A DNA stretch of 64,000 bases from an uncultured virus (IMG/VR IMGVR_UViG_3300020048_000013) (lineage: Duplodnaviria > Heunggongvirae > Uroviricota > Caudoviricetes), in the IMG/VR virus record IMGVR_UViG_3300020048_000013. One strand, written 5' to 3'. A model generated the notes under the pieces. The model did not search any database, was not told where the DNA came from, and saw only the letters and a program-made list of their open reading frames with translations. Position 1 is the first letter of the stretch, and each line of letters begins with the position of its first letter. The translations under genes and the position numbers were made by a program. Shown in pieces: positions 1 through 10,586 of the stretch.

Positions 1-1579
1 ATTGAGTTGGATTTATGACTGGATTTGGATTTATTTGATTTTTTCCTCGTTCCATGTCGAAAGAAACTATATCGGATTTTGTTATTATTGTATCATAATT
101 ATCGTCTGCCCATATTACTGTTTGAAGATATAGTGGCGAATAATTATTCGGGTTGGCGAATGCTGTTGTGCCGGGTATTATATGAACTCCATAATAAGCC
201 ACTTCATTACTCAAATCATCAATATCAGTTAAATCACCAGTAGTTGCTGGAATATCCTGTAATAATACATCGATATCATAACAACACAAGTTTTCTATTT
301 TATAATTAGGATTTGGTGTTTCTGATATAGTAAATATAGTTTTTAATAAATTTGAAGATATTTCTCCATCCACATAAGCATATCCTTCAAAACTAAAAAC
401 TGGTGGTGGAATAAAATAATTTTCAGTAGTTGTTGTTAATTTTTCATTATCATCAGAAGGATCATGATGATCGAATTCATATGAATTAAAAGACCCACCT
501 AAATAAAAAGTTCCAGCACGCACAGTTCTGCTGACTATATCGTCGTTAGTTTCAATATTACCATACCTTTTTACATTACATAATTGCATCAAAACTTCTT
601 TTTTCTTAGATATTAGTATATCAGAATATGTAGGAAGATTTGTGAGATTATTAAATTCTTTTTGAATAAATTTATTTATGTCAGAAAATTCATAATAACG
701 ATCAATCCAACCATGAGGATGAACACATGGTTTTATGTAAATATCCCATTCGTGTTTAGGTATAATGCTTGATATGTCATATACAAAATTCATTTGTATT
801 GGCGTGTTTGTTGTTATTATTGTTGCTTGTTCAGCAATATCTATATTTTCTTGTTCTGTTAAATCAGTGTTATAGTATTTTATAAGATAATAAAATATAC
901 TCACAAAATTCATATACATCAAAGTTCCTTTGAATATTTCTGCCGTAGGAATAAATTTTAAAAATAATTTTCTATATTCTGTCGTTGCTGTTATTCTATC
1001 ATCAAGTTCTTCGTCTGTTTCTAAAATATAGATATCTGTCGTTGCTGTTAGATTGTTGTCTTTGATGGTTATTATAGAACTTGTGCCGTCAAATGATATA
1101 GAAGTTCCTACCCATTCATAATCGTCTTTTGATATTTTAAAATAGCCCGTTGCTGAAGTTAATTCTACATCAGTTATAACCGATTCAGAATCTATATTTT
1201 TTAAAATTATTTCAGAAGGATCAGTCATATCCAAATAATAATATCCATCATCTTCTTCTGTTAATAATCCAGAAATTTCTACTGTATCTCCATCAGTCAA
1301 TTCGTATTGTGACGATGTTAATATCGGTGTATTATCAAAAAACGAATAATACATATCATACATAATATTATATCTATCTTTAACAAAAGCAAGTTCGAGT
1401 TCTTTTGAAGTTTCTTTCTTTACGCTTTTTTCTAATAGATAATCTGTTTTTATAGACGGATTATACAAATATTTATCGTATTCAAAATCTAAATAATCTT
1501 GATTTTCAAGCATCGAAACAACTTCATTGATGTTTTTCAGATTTAAAATTTTTCTATATATGTCTAATTTATTATACAT
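1..1579 (-). CDS. Baseplate wedge initiator, gp7-like (3' end runs off the window, >526 aa)
   Basis: Not in the ORF track. Hand translation from ATG at 1579 (overlapping the upstream stop, TAATG) stays open to position 1. It contains FKGT and a YIKPCVHPHGW motif like gp7-type wedge proteins, and lies near gp6. Confidence 0.6.
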   Translation of the reverse strand, partial: MYNKLDIYRKILNLKNINEVVSMLENQDYLDFEYDKYLYNPSIKTDYLLEKSVKKETSKELELAFVKDRYNIMYDMYYSFFDNTPILTSSQYELTDGDTVEISGLLTEEDDGYYYLDMTDPSEIILKNIDSESVITDVELTSATGYFKISKDDYEWVGTSISFDGTSSIITIKDNNLTATTDIYILETDEELDDRITATTEYRKLFLKFIPTAEIFKGTLMYMNFVSIFYYLIKYYNTDLTEQENIDIAEQATIITTNTPIQMNFVYDISSIIPKHEWDIYIKPCVHPHGWIDRYYEFSDINKFIQKEFNNLTNLPTYSDILISKKKEVLMQLCNVKRYGNIETNDDIVSRTVRAGTFYLGGSFNSYEFDHHDPSDDNEKLTTTTENYFIPPPVFSFEGYAYVDGEISSNLLKTIFTISETPNPNYKIENLCCYDIDVLLQDIPATTGDLTDIDDLSNEVAYYGVHIIPGTTAFANPNNYSPLYLQTVIWADDNYDTIITKSDIVSFDMERGKNQINPNPVINPTQ

Positions 1580-2070
1580 TATTTTAGTCCGCAAGTTTTA
1601 GGAATTATTTTTAATGATATTGTGGAAAATTCAGATTTTCCCTGATCGAAATTGCTACCGAATTTAATGCTAATATTTTCTACTTCAATAATCCATTCAT
1701 TAACTATTTCTAATTTAGTGTCTAATATACACAAATTTATAAAATATGGATCATCTTCTTCTTTCGATTTGGAAATATTAGTAGCAGAATTCAATAAAGA
1801 TTTAATTATCTCTGGTTGATTAACTGAATATAGCATTTTGATAGTTATATCACTCCACTCTATACTATCTGTGAAGTCAAATGCTGATTTGTATTTGGTT
1901 GTATGTATCTCAGGAGTTGATATTGATTCAATCAAAAATCCCGCATCATCTATCAAATTCCAATTTTTTGAAAATGTTACTTTAAATCTGTTTTGTCTAA
2001 CAACATCTCCAACAAGTTTTTTAAATCTTTCTAATTGTCCTGCTTGTGTTAATTCTTTTTCTTTACTCAT
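1579..2070 (-). CDS. Tail-tube-fold protein (gp19/gp54-like paralog)
   Basis: RQNRFKVTF, FLIESISTPEI and WSDITI pattern; 163 aa. Confidence 0.55.
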   Translation of the reverse strand: MSKEKELTQAGQLERFKKLVGDVVRQNRFKVTFSKNWNLIDDAGFLIESISTPEIHTTKYKSAFDFTDSIEWSDITIKMLYSVNQPEIIKSLLNSATNISKSKEEDDPYFINLCILDTKLEIVNEWIIEVENISIKFGSNFDQGKSEFSTISLKIIPKTCGLK

Positions 2071-2093
2071 TTTTATTCTCCTGTTTAATTGTT

Positions 2094-3371
2094 TTATTCA
2101 TCTCCATCCAACATTTTTATATTTTTATCGATATAATCTTTGACATCAGTATCTTTATAACACTGAATAACTTTATTTAAGAATTTTTCATATACGAATG
2201 GTTCTAAAATATTTTTATCGATGTATATAGTTTCGTCTTTTTCAATTTTTATAGAATTCAATACCAAATATTCGCAGTTCACAAAAGTCATTTTTAAGCA
2301 TTTAAATTCGATTGGATTAAATTTGGTATAAGTCTTGTTTAAATAAATTGGACTCGAAGGATACCAGTTAGTATGTTCAAATTCGTCAGACGGGTCTTCA
2401 AATCCTTCGACCCAATCATCCATACTATATTGCATGATAATATTCGTATATGTTGATATATTATCGTCTATATCCAAAGTAATATTGTCAATAATGTTAG
2501 AATTTTCAAATCCTATAATTATCGATATATCATCGGTTAGAGGATTGAAAAAATCGTATATGTGTATTGTTTCGACATTTGGAGTTCCTGGATTTCTATT
2601 AACACCAAATTCAATATCACCATAATCTCTTGTATATTCTGTATAAGGACTCGATGTTGTTGGAGTATTTTCATTCATTTTATACCATATTTTGGCACTA
2701 GTTCCGACAGCCAAAGAATAATTTTTTGCGTGGAAATTAGAAACATCCGTAGCATCCATTATTTTTGGTAGTATCATAAAATTATGAAAAGATTTTCCAC
2801 ATAAAGCAGTACATTTCATTAGTAATAGAGTATCTTCTGCGAACGACCAAGTTCCGCCAGTAGTTAATGTTCCTGTTGTCGGTTCTAATACTCCATCCAA
2901 AAACGATCTCATAGAACCAGTGATTGTACTATAAGAAATTATGACACTATGCCAATCACCATCGGTAGGCAACGAGAATCCAGTATCTCTATATGTCAAT
3001 CCATATTTTAATCTTATTTTATTATTTGATGATATAATATATAATATCGATTGTGAATGTTCGGAATCATATAAAAGATTTATGTTTCCTGCTGTTTCTA
3101 AATTATTAGAATTATACCAAAAAGCAACCGACCATTCGCCAGATGATGATAAATTTGTTAAATTGCTTACAGTAATATAATCATCAGAAACGCCAGCTTC
3201 ATATCCCCTAAAAGTATAAGTTTCGTTGGCATTGTGGGTATAGCAATCAAAAGGATATTTTGTTCCATATTTTAACACGCCAGTCGTTGGATACCAATAA
3301 GGAATATCGTCTTCGTCTATTTTAGAAATCCATGCATAATTATTTTTATTTTTTATTAAATCTATTATCAT
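2094..3371 (-). CDS. Virion protein with a LamG/concanavalin A-like domain
   Basis: WSVAFW...DGDWHSVIISY...SFLDGV LamG-type motifs; baseplate neighbourhood. Confidence 0.65.
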   Translation of the reverse strand: MIIDLIKNKNNYAWISKIDEDDIPYWYPTTGVLKYGTKYPFDCYTHNANETYTFRGYEAGVSDDYITVSNLTNLSSSGEWSVAFWYNSNNLETAGNINLLYDSEHSQSILYIISSNNKIRLKYGLTYRDTGFSLPTDGDWHSVIISYSTITGSMRSFLDGVLEPTTGTLTTGGTWSFAEDTLLLMKCTALCGKSFHNFMILPKIMDATDVSNFHAKNYSLAVGTSAKIWYKMNENTPTTSSPYTEYTRDYGDIEFGVNRNPGTPNVETIHIYDFFNPLTDDISIIIGFENSNIIDNITLDIDDNISTYTNIIMQYSMDDWVEGFEDPSDEFEHTNWYPSSPIYLNKTYTKFNPIEFKCLKMTFVNCEYLVLNSIKIEKDETIYIDKNILEPFVYEKFLNKVIQCYKDTDVKDYIDKNIKMLDGDE

Positions 3372-3384
3372 AATTCTCTATCTT

Positions 3385-3966
3385 TTAATTTTTTATAAAT
3401 TTCGAAGTGTCTAGAATTTCTTCAATTTCGTCGAAATAATAATTATGACCCATATCTCTCATTATATGAATGTCACATTTTATATTATTATCTCTAACAT
3501 AATCCCTCGTATAATACATAGGAACCACATCATCATTAGTTCCGAGATATATTTCTATGTTCGGATTAGAGAATGTTTTTTCTTGATCGGTATCAAACTC
3601 TTTTATATCTAATTTTGTTTTAGATCTATCTATTGACGGATTTATTAGAATGGTGTTTTTATGAGTTATATTAGACAATAAAAATGCTGTATAACCACCT
3701 AAAGAATGTCCAATAATCAAATCGACTCCGTTTGCCATCCCCAATAATTTTTTAAATTCTGATTTAAAATAATCTTTAACATATTCTCTGCGATAATCAA
3801 TGTATGGAAATAATACTTCGTAATTTCTCATTTCATAAACTACTTTTTCATGTTTATACATTTGCCAGTAATCTGGGGCCTCTATTAAACCATGAACAAG
3901 CAATAATTTTTGATTGCCGTTATTTTCTGTTACAATACTCTCGTATATTTTATTCAAATTTTTCAT
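3385..3966 (-). CDS. Alpha/beta hydrolase (YqiA/YcfP-like esterase) with CTS-like leader
   Basis: LVHG, GHSLGG nucleophile elbow, GTNDDVV and MGH. Start reassigned to MKNLNKIYESIVTE just after the gp6 stop. Confidence 0.8.
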   Translation of the reverse strand: MKNLNKIYESIVTENNGNQKLLLVHGLIEAPDYWQMYKHEKVVYEMRNYEVLFPYIDYRREYVKDYFKSEFKKLLGMANGVDLIIGHSLGGYTAFLLSNITHKNTILINPSIDRSKTKLDIKEFDTDQEKTFSNPNIEIYLGTNDDVVPMYYTRDYVRDNNIKCDIHIMRDMGHNYYFDEIEEILDTSKFIKN

Positions 3967-3968
3967 TT

Positions 3969-6773
3969 TTATAATTTGACTGATCTGCGGAAATTGTATA
4001 AACAACATACTCCGCCGACATCATCAAAATCCTGTATATAATTTACTTTATTTTCAGTAATTTCAAAATTACTTCTCAAATTAATTTGGTATATCGAAGT
4101 ATCATCAATAATACTGTGTTCTGTTAAGAATGTTTCTAATTTATTAGTAGTATTATTGTAATAAACAAATTCATTAAATACTAATTTATTATTAGGTCTG
4201 TCAAAAAATCCCAACACGCTATCGTCAATAATTTCATAACAGTATAATACATTATTTATTATATCGAATTTCTGATTTTTGTATTTAACATAAAGTTCAT
4301 CTTCAGATGGATAATCATATTTTATAGAATTTACTAAATCTATATATCCAGATGCCAAAGTTCTTTCCAAATCGAGTATCAAATTATCATCGATATATAT
4401 TTTTAAAATTTCTTTTGTTACATCTGTTGGATGACTTGCTCTCGTGGCAGAAAATCCAGATTCTGGTGATAATAATTTTATGTGATTATTTGTATCTACT
4501 GCGAGAGTTCCTATTGGTTTGTAACTTTTTAATTTTATATATTCAGTAGATGTTTCGACATTGGAGTTATTTATGATATAAAAAGAAATTTTAGTTCCAT
4601 TATATAACGAAGTATCGGAAGATATGTTATAAGTGCTGTCTATTATAGATAAAAATGGTTTATTTTTTACCATAACAAGAGAATAATTATCAAACATTTT
4701 TTTAATTTCACTTGTAGGACCGCTGTTACCAAAAGCATAATTTATACTGCATATATAATCATTATTATTATCAGTAGTTTCTATATTCACTACACCCAAC
4801 AAATAATATTCCACTCCCCTTTTAAAATATACAAAATATACATCGTCGTCCAAAGTATCATAATATGATAAATTATATGGATCGTTTCCTTCTACATAAT
4901 ACATTGGAACATTGCCGTTATTTACATAATCAGTCAAATCAGTTAATGTTTTTATTACTAATTCTGCAATACTGCCATCTCCAAGAGAAATTTCTTGAGC
5001 ATCGAAAGAATAGTCTGAATAATCTATATATTCTGCAGTAGTTTCTGTTTCGTCAACTATAATAGGATTTATGTATAAATTTGTAGCCAAAGAAGTATTA
5101 GAGCTATTATACATATTATCAGTAATAATATATCTTCCAAAACCATCGGTTATAGATGATTTTAAAATTCCATATAATGCTTTTCTATTATCTGGCATTT
5201 TTGCGTAATCATATTTGTAATTTAAATATAAATTATCCACAACACTTGCGTTTTTATTAGTAGTAACAATATTACTAGGAACACTTAATTTTTTTGTTCC
5301 TATAATGTTTGTTTTATTAGTTAAAAGAGAATAGTTTATAGACAAATCTACTGATTTTATTCTATCATCTTCCATAATAAGAGATATTACATCGTCCGAT
5401 CTAAAATATTTTGATAATCCTTCGTTGGTTATAGAATAATCTTTTAATATAGGAAATAAATCATTTCCCACAACTCCAATAGAATAGCTTTTATTAAACA
5501 ATTCTAATCTCGGCTGAATGTCTGCATATAGATATGAAGGAGATACTAAAACTCTATTAGTTGATATTATAAAATTATTTTCATAATCAGATAATCCGTT
5601 AGATATTCCGTTGCCCGAAGGCATATTTAAATTGTATATATCTTCTAATGCCAAAGTTTGATTTTTTGTATACATGTTGTTTGTAGTAAGTTCTTCTGAA
5701 TATATACTCGAAGGGACCATACTCAAATAAATATTTCCAAGTTTATAGAAATATTCTAAATTTTCTCTATCATACATGTCTATAATGCTGAAATATTTTA
5801 TATCGTTGTCGGTAAGTTTATTCAACATTGATTCATAATCTGTTCTAGAAACGAGACGGTTTTTTGTATTATAGTGTCTCGGAGCATTTATTTTTATATC
5901 TTCGAGACTTTCATAATCCTTTCCTCCGAAAGAAAAAGAAATGTCTGTTATATTAAAATCATCTTTAGTCAATCCGCCAGGAGTAGAACTGACATCTATA
6001 TTTGTTATAGTTAGTTCTGTTTCTCCGTTTCCATCAGCACCTTCTGTAATATAATAAGTCACTTCTATATCGTCTGATGTGCCTGGTTCTAATCCAATAA
6101 GACCGTTTCCAAATCTTATATAAAGTCTGCCGCCTTTTTCTGTATCTTGATTTTTAAAAAATATAGTATCGTCGCTATCGGGAACATTATCAAAAGAATC
6201 GAAAGAAGTCCATGTCAATCCATTAACACTAACAACAATTTCTTTTTCTGCAATTTTTTCACTATCTATATAAACATAAGGTTCACTTTCACTTATTTTT
6301 GTTGTTATTTTTCTCGCTTCCATTTGATATGCAGTGAAAGGAATTTCGTATGTATTTAAACCAGTCAAATATTCTGTCGGATCTGTTATAGAAATATCGT
6401 CGGTTATATAAACATATCCTTTATCATTTCCAGTAAAAGTGATATTTGTTAAATTTAAAGAAGATAATGCTGAAGAGGCAGTTACCTTTAAATTTCCTGT
6501 CATTGCAGAAGGAATTTTGAGTTTGGGAGAATATCCCAATTTCTGTGCTAAATCTACACCAATATCTCTATCATCAACAGCAGAAAGAGTTAAATTCTTT
6601 GCGACATTTGTTAATTGATAACTCATCATCGTATTGAGAATTGATAAAAATTCTACAATATAATTAAAATTACTTCCTTTGCTGTAAGTAATATTATATT
6701 TTTCTTCTAGATATTTCTTTATTTCTTCTCGAATATCTGAATGTTTTAGTAAGCTAAGTGATAAGTTTATCAT
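3969..6773 (-). CDS. gp6: Baseplate wedge subunit gp6-like (934 aa)
   Basis: GSNFNYIVEFLS, LAQKLGYSPK, IRFGNG, GADGNG and ESLEDIKINAP...RLVSRTDY motifs. Confidence 0.9.
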   Translation of the reverse strand: MINLSLSLLKHSDIREEIKKYLEEKYNITYSKGSNFNYIVEFLSILNTMMSYQLTNVAKNLTLSAVDDRDIGVDLAQKLGYSPKLKIPSAMTGNLKVTASSALSSLNLTNITFTGNDKGYVYITDDISITDPTEYLTGLNTYEIPFTAYQMEARKITTKISESEPYVYIDSEKIAEKEIVVSVNGLTWTSFDSFDNVPDSDDTIFFKNQDTEKGGRLYIRFGNGLIGLEPGTSDDIEVTYYITEGADGNGETELTITNIDVSSTPGGLTKDDFNITDISFSFGGKDYESLEDIKINAPRHYNTKNRLVSRTDYESMLNKLTDNDIKYFSIIDMYDRENLEYFYKLGNIYLSMVPSSIYSEELTTNNMYTKNQTLALEDIYNLNMPSGNGISNGLSDYENNFIISTNRVLVSPSYLYADIQPRLELFNKSYSIGVVGNDLFPILKDYSITNEGLSKYFRSDDVISLIMEDDRIKSVDLSINYSLLTNKTNIIGTKKLSVPSNIVTTNKNASVVDNLYLNYKYDYAKMPDNRKALYGILKSSITDGFGRYIITDNMYNSSNTSLATNLYINPIIVDETETTAEYIDYSDYSFDAQEISLGDGSIAELVIKTLTDLTDYVNNGNVPMYYVEGNDPYNLSYYDTLDDDVYFVYFKRGVEYYLLGVVNIETTDNNNDYICSINYAFGNSGPTSEIKKMFDNYSLVMVKNKPFLSIIDSTYNISSDTSLYNGTKISFYIINNSNVETSTEYIKLKSYKPIGTLAVDTNNHIKLLSPESGFSATRASHPTDVTKEILKIYIDDNLILDLERTLASGYIDLVNSIKYDYPSEDELYVKYKNQKFDIINNVLYCYEIIDDSVLGFFDRPNNKLVFNEFVYYNNTTNKLETFLTEHSIIDDTSIYQINLRSNFEITENKVNYIQDFDDVGGVCCLYNFRRSVKL

Positions 6774-6858
6774 TTATTTTTCCTTTTATTGTTTTTTACC
6801 AAGAAATATCAATATATACACAATCTTCGTGTTTCATTAACATTATTTTCTACCAAAT

Positions 6859-7326
6859 CTATAAACAAATCATGCCATATTTTTGGATTTCTTTCTGCCA
6901 TTCAAAATCAAAAGTCACTACCGATTCATCCATTCCAACATATAATGGAACTATGGATGGATTGTGAACACCTTGCGGAAAAACATTTTTTAATTGCCAA
7001 TGCCAGAAATCTGCATATATATCTTCTGTCCATTTTCCATCAGCGATATCTAGTTGATATTCATTCCACCACATTTGAGAATTTTGTCTGCGCACACCTT
7101 TTGGATCTCTTTCGCCATATCCTTTACTATCACACCAATCATCAAATGTTTTATTATCAGGAAAGAATTTTTTGGCGATGGCATCACTGTCGTTAATATC
7201 AAAACCCAATTTTTTACTAACCAAATCTTGCATTTTATCGAAATCATAAGCTTTTATCGTGACAGATATTAAATCTTCATATTTTTCTGTTATTATTTCT
7301 TTATAAGCTTCGTTTAATTTTGTCAT
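6859..7326 (-). CDS. Hypothetical protein with CTS-like leader; 3' end possibly frameshifted (may extend to 6796)
   Basis: AAGGA RBS; MTKLNEAYKEIITE leader; YADFWHW motif. Confidence 0.7.
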   Translation of the reverse strand: MTKLNEAYKEIITEKYEDLISVTIKAYDFDKMQDLVSKKLGFDINDSDAIAKKFFPDNKTFDDWCDSKGYGERDPKGVRRQNSQMWWNEYQLDIADGKWTEDIYADFWHWQLKNVFPQGVHNPSIVPLYVGMDESVVTFDFEWQKEIQKYGMICL

Positions 7327-7336
7327 TTTAATTCCT

Positions 7337-7699
7337 TTATCTTAAATAAAATCTTGTTTCTGTTTCTATACTTTTTCTTTTTGTGACTAATAATAATTTT
7401 ATGAATAATTCGTCGTCGTTTATTTGAATTAATGATTTCACATCTCTCACATCAGGACAATAGGATATAATAGTTTCTCTTAGAATTTTTTTGATTATTA
7501 TTATGATAGGATTTGATGGAACTTCAAACATATAACTCTGAATATCTGTTCCAAAATATATATCTAAAAATTTACTTCTAAAAGAAGTGCTTAATATATT
7601 TTTTACTTCTTCTGCCAAAGCATAATCTTCATCGAGCAAATAAATGTCTTTTCCAGTATTTGCAAAATTTTTTGATATGTCTATTTTTTCTTTAATCAT
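7337..7699 (-). CDS. gp25: Baseplate wedge gp25-like
   Basis: VKNILST...FGTDIQSYMFE...PDVR pattern; 120 aa; near gp6. Confidence 0.8.
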   Translation of the reverse strand: MIKEKIDISKNFANTGKDIYLLDEDYALAEEVKNILSTSFRSKFLDIYFGTDIQSYMFEVPSNPIIIIIKKILRETIISYCPDVRDVKSLIQINDDELFIKLLLVTKRKSIETETRFYLR

Positions 7700-7701
7700 T
7701 T

Positions 7702-8142
7702 TTATCTTTTGTTATTTTTAAATATAAATTCTGGATGTTCTTTTCTTCTTTTAGTAAACCAAGAGTCTCCATTAAATATAGTATTTTCATAATATTTTTT
7801 TCCAGGATATCTGTGCTTAACTCTCGTTCTCTTACTATATTTATCATATTTGGTAAATTGTTCGAAAGTCGGATCTATAATAGTTCCATCAGAAAGTTCT
7901 ATCCAAGTATGCTGTTGGTCTATTCCATCACCAATATTGGTTTGAACATATCCTTCAACCACATCAAAATCATTTAATAATTCTTGATTGATTTTTCCGA
8001 CAGCAATAACAAATTCTTCTGCGAAATGAACACAACTACCAAATTGATCGGTATACATTTTATCTGATATTGTTTTAGCAATGTTTTGTAATGTCATATT
8101 TTCTAAAATAATTTTATATTGTTCCATTAGTTTTTTATTCAT
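7702..8142 (-). CDS. Transglutaminase/papain-like Cys-His-Asp protein with CTS-like leader
   Basis: GSCVHFAE...HTWIEL.DGTIIDPT..QF; likely start MNKKLMEQYKIILE. Confidence 0.6.
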   Translation of the reverse strand: MNKKLMEQYKIILENMTLQNIAKTISDKMYTDQFGSCVHFAEEFVIAVGKINQELLNDFDVVEGYVQTNIGDGIDQQHTWIELSDGTIIDPTFEQFTKYDKYSKRTRVKHRYPGKKYYENTIFNGDSWFTKRRKEHPEFIFKNNKR

Positions 8143-9760
8143 TTTCATATACAGCTTCAAATAATTCCTGCCAAGTTTCGCATTTTTTTTCTAATTTAAA
8201 AAATTCGTTCGGATTTACTTTTGAAGCAATGAGCTTCTTGAATTTTTTACTATATATATTATTATCACGTCCCCAAACAGCAGTTTCGTTCCATTCTCCA
8301 TGATGCCAAGTACTATTTTTAAATACACCGTCTTCAAAAACACCATCAAACCAATGACTTTTATAAAAAAATCCATTTTTAAAAGTTCCACCATTCCAAT
8401 ATCCATCACGAAAATTTCCTCCGAGCCATTTTCCGCCATTCCAAGTGCTTCTCCACATACTTCCGGAAATCCACTCTCCATCATGCCATATCGCGTCTTT
8501 GAAAATTCCAGTTCTCCAAGTTCCGTTATCCCATTGACCACCCAGAAATCTTCCGTTATTCCACATTCCAACATGCCATTTTCCGCTATGCCACAATCCG
8601 CCATTCCAAACACCTTTCATCCATTCTCCGCCATTCCACGTGCCATTATCCCAATATCCGCTAATCCAACTACAACGAATAGCAGTTCCTTCAAAACTAC
8701 CTCCAGCAATAACGCCTTCCCAAGTACTATCTTCCATATACACATTTTTCCCATAACAGTGTTCGAGCATACATCTTCTACAAATTTTTCTATCCAAATT
8801 ACCATTCACGACAGTTTTCCCCACTATTTCTTCCGCGTTATCATGTTCTTCTTTTGGCGGTTTGTATATAGATATTTGTCCTTTTGAATTTGTTAATTCT
8901 GCATTATATGGAGCATCAGAACGACCTGGATAAAATGCTGTTGGATAATCGTTTGTTAATATATCTTTGTTTTTATAATAATATCTGAAAGTATCCATAT
9001 AAGGCATTATTTTTTTAGTACTTGAATCTATTTTATAGAATAATGTTGTATTTTCTGTAGTTGATACTATAGCAGCATCCTGACTATTTCTATATGCATA
9101 TCCCATATATTTAGCATACTCACGAAACATTTCTACGATATAATCGACATTTACAGGATAAACTCTATCCATATATGATATAGGATCATCGCCTTCTTCT
9201 CCATCCATACGATATACACAATCTTTCCACAATAAAGCTCTTCCGACTGGTTTAGTTTCGCTTTTAATTTTATCATATAAAAGTATTATATAAATATTCG
9301 GTTCTTTTGTATAGAATTCTGTTATTTTATCTTTATTAGGATGTTCATCATTTTTAGACATGCACGAATGTATTCCGATTGTTTTTGATTCTTCATACCA
9401 TTTACTGACATCTTTATCTATTACGAAATCATATCTATCATCAGGATTGTTTGCTAATTTTATATATTTTTTAATTTTGCCGAGAATATTATTCAATATT
9501 TGGTCTGTTAAATTAGGTAAAAATGTTTTAATTACTTTACCCATACGAAGTTCTGTTGGTTTTTCATTTTTATCATTTATAGTTACTAAAAATGTTGTTT
9601 CTGATCCCAATCGAACCGTGCTATATGCTCCTAAATTATTCCAATTGCCAATATGAATACCAGATTCTTTTTCGATTGTGTTCCTGATAATATCATCTAT
9701 ATCAGTCAATTGTCTAAGCTCTTCTGTTACCATATTTCTATAAATATTATTGATGTTCAT
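8135..9760 (-). CDS. CTS-like leader + conserved SCM/GRALLW/PYMDT domain + Trp pentapeptide repeat
   Basis: GGAG RBS before MNINNIYRNMVTEE; paralogous to 21579-22457; C-terminal GxWxx repeats. Confidence 0.7.
   Translation of the reverse strand: MNINNIYRNMVTEELRQLTDIDDIIRNTIEKESGIHIGNWNNLGAYSTVRLGSETTFLVTINDKNEKPTELRMGKVIKTFLPNLTDQILNNILGKIKKYIKLANNPDDRYDFVIDKDVSKWYEESKTIGIHSCMSKNDEHPNKDKITEFYTKEPNIYIILLYDKIKSETKPVGRALLWKDCVYRMDGEEGDDPISYMDRVYPVNVDYIVEMFREYAKYMGYAYRNSQDAAIVSTTENTTLFYKIDSSTKKIMPYMDTFRYYYKNKDILTNDYPTAFYPGRSDAPYNAELTNSKGQISIYKPPKEEHDNAEEIVGKTVVNGNLDRKICRRCMLEHCYGKNVYMEDSTWEGVIAGGSFEGTAIRCSWISGYWDNGTWNGGEWMKGVWNGGLWHSGKWHVGMWNNGRFLGGQWDNGTWRTGIFKDAIWHDGEWISGSMWRSTWNGGKWLGGNFRDGYWNGGTFKNGFFYKSHWFDGVFEDGVFKNSTWHHGEWNETAVWGRDNNIYSKKFKKLIASKVNPNEFFKLEKKCETWQELFEAVYENE
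8270..8730 (-). repeat. Coding pentapeptide repeat (G-x-W/F-x-x)n, about 25 units
   Basis: SGYWD NGTWN GGEWM KGVWN GGLWH SGKWH VGMWN... in the translation; periodic CCA on the + strand. Confidence 0.85.
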
Positions 9761-10559
9761 CTCTAACATCTCCAAAAATTTCTTTTCTATGAACCAAACA
9801 AAATTTTCTAAAATTTGGAGATAATTTATAAAGCTCATTGAATTGATATAATGGCATTATAACATCTTCCAATTTTATTTTTTTATCTACTATTGCATAT
9901 ATAGTCGGTATAATTAATTGATGAGGTCTTATTTCGACCTGAAGCATTTCTTTAGTTAATTCCAAAAATTTTTCAATATTAATATTTTTGTATCCTTGCT
10001 GTGCGAGTTCTCTGAAATAAATCATGAACATAACCCAAGTATAATATTTCATCGTTCCGTTATCATATAATGCTTTTGTAGAAGCAATAATGTCTGTCGA
10101 ATAATCTCCATTTTCTTCTATATCTTCTTCTGTGATAGGATATGGCTTCATCAAATAGTTATGAAGTATTTCTGATTCTGGAAATCTTTCTGCTAAAGCA
10201 AGTAGTCCTAAACAAGATACCCAAAATCCATTAACAAATTTGAAATGATTTTCTTTATAGTCATCACCAACAGAATATAAACTATTTAAATTGTCTAATG
10301 ATTGATTTCCTTTTTTAGGAACAGGAATTGGTTTTTTAGACGATATTTTGTCCGATTTTTCAGGCTCTTTAGAAGGTGTTATTGTCGATATGTCTTCTAC
10401 ATCTGCATCTTCTCCGCCATCACTCGTATCTAATGCGGGATGAATCGGAGCAACTTCTTCTTCGGGATCTTCTTCAGTACTCACATCTGGAACTGGTTTG
10501 TCTGATAAATCATATTCCGATAACAATTTATAATAATTATTAAACATTTTCTCGTTCAT
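9747..10559 (-). CDS. Hypothetical virion/internal protein; CTS-like leader, acidic linker, domain paralogous to the 11429-12325 N-terminus
   Basis: LNSLYSVGDDYK..FKFVNGFWVSCLGLLALA...IRPHQLI...PLYQFNELY shared with the paralog; late promoter upstream. Confidence 0.75.
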   Translation of the reverse strand: MNEKMFNNYYKLLSEYDLSDKPVPDVSTEEDPEEEVAPIHPALDTSDGGEDADVEDISTITPSKEPEKSDKISSKKPIPVPKKGNQSLDNLNSLYSVGDDYKENHFKFVNGFWVSCLGLLALAERFPESEILHNYLMKPYPITEEDIEENGDYSTDIIASTKALYDNGTMKYYTWVMFMIYFRELAQQGYKNINIEKFLELTKEMLQVEIRPHQLIIPTIYAIVDKKIKLEDVIMPLYQFNELYKLSPNFRKFCLVHRKEIFGDVRDEHQ

Positions 10560-10577
10560 GTTTATTCCTTTTTATTT

Positions 10578-10585
10578 TATTTATA
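10578..10585 (-). promoter_or_regulatory. T4-type late promoter TATAAATA
   Basis: Intergenic, upstream of the RBS of 9747-10559. Confidence 0.7.
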
Positions 10586-10586
10586 A

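Noticed and set aside
6796..6861. TAG stop-codon reassignment (genetic code 15)
   Set aside because: Long genes across the window are intact in the standard code, and the local TAGs are better explained by indels.
8215..8805. Alternative-frame ORFs within the Trp repeat
   Set aside because: These are by-products of the low-complexity TGG/GGA repeat suppressing stop codons.
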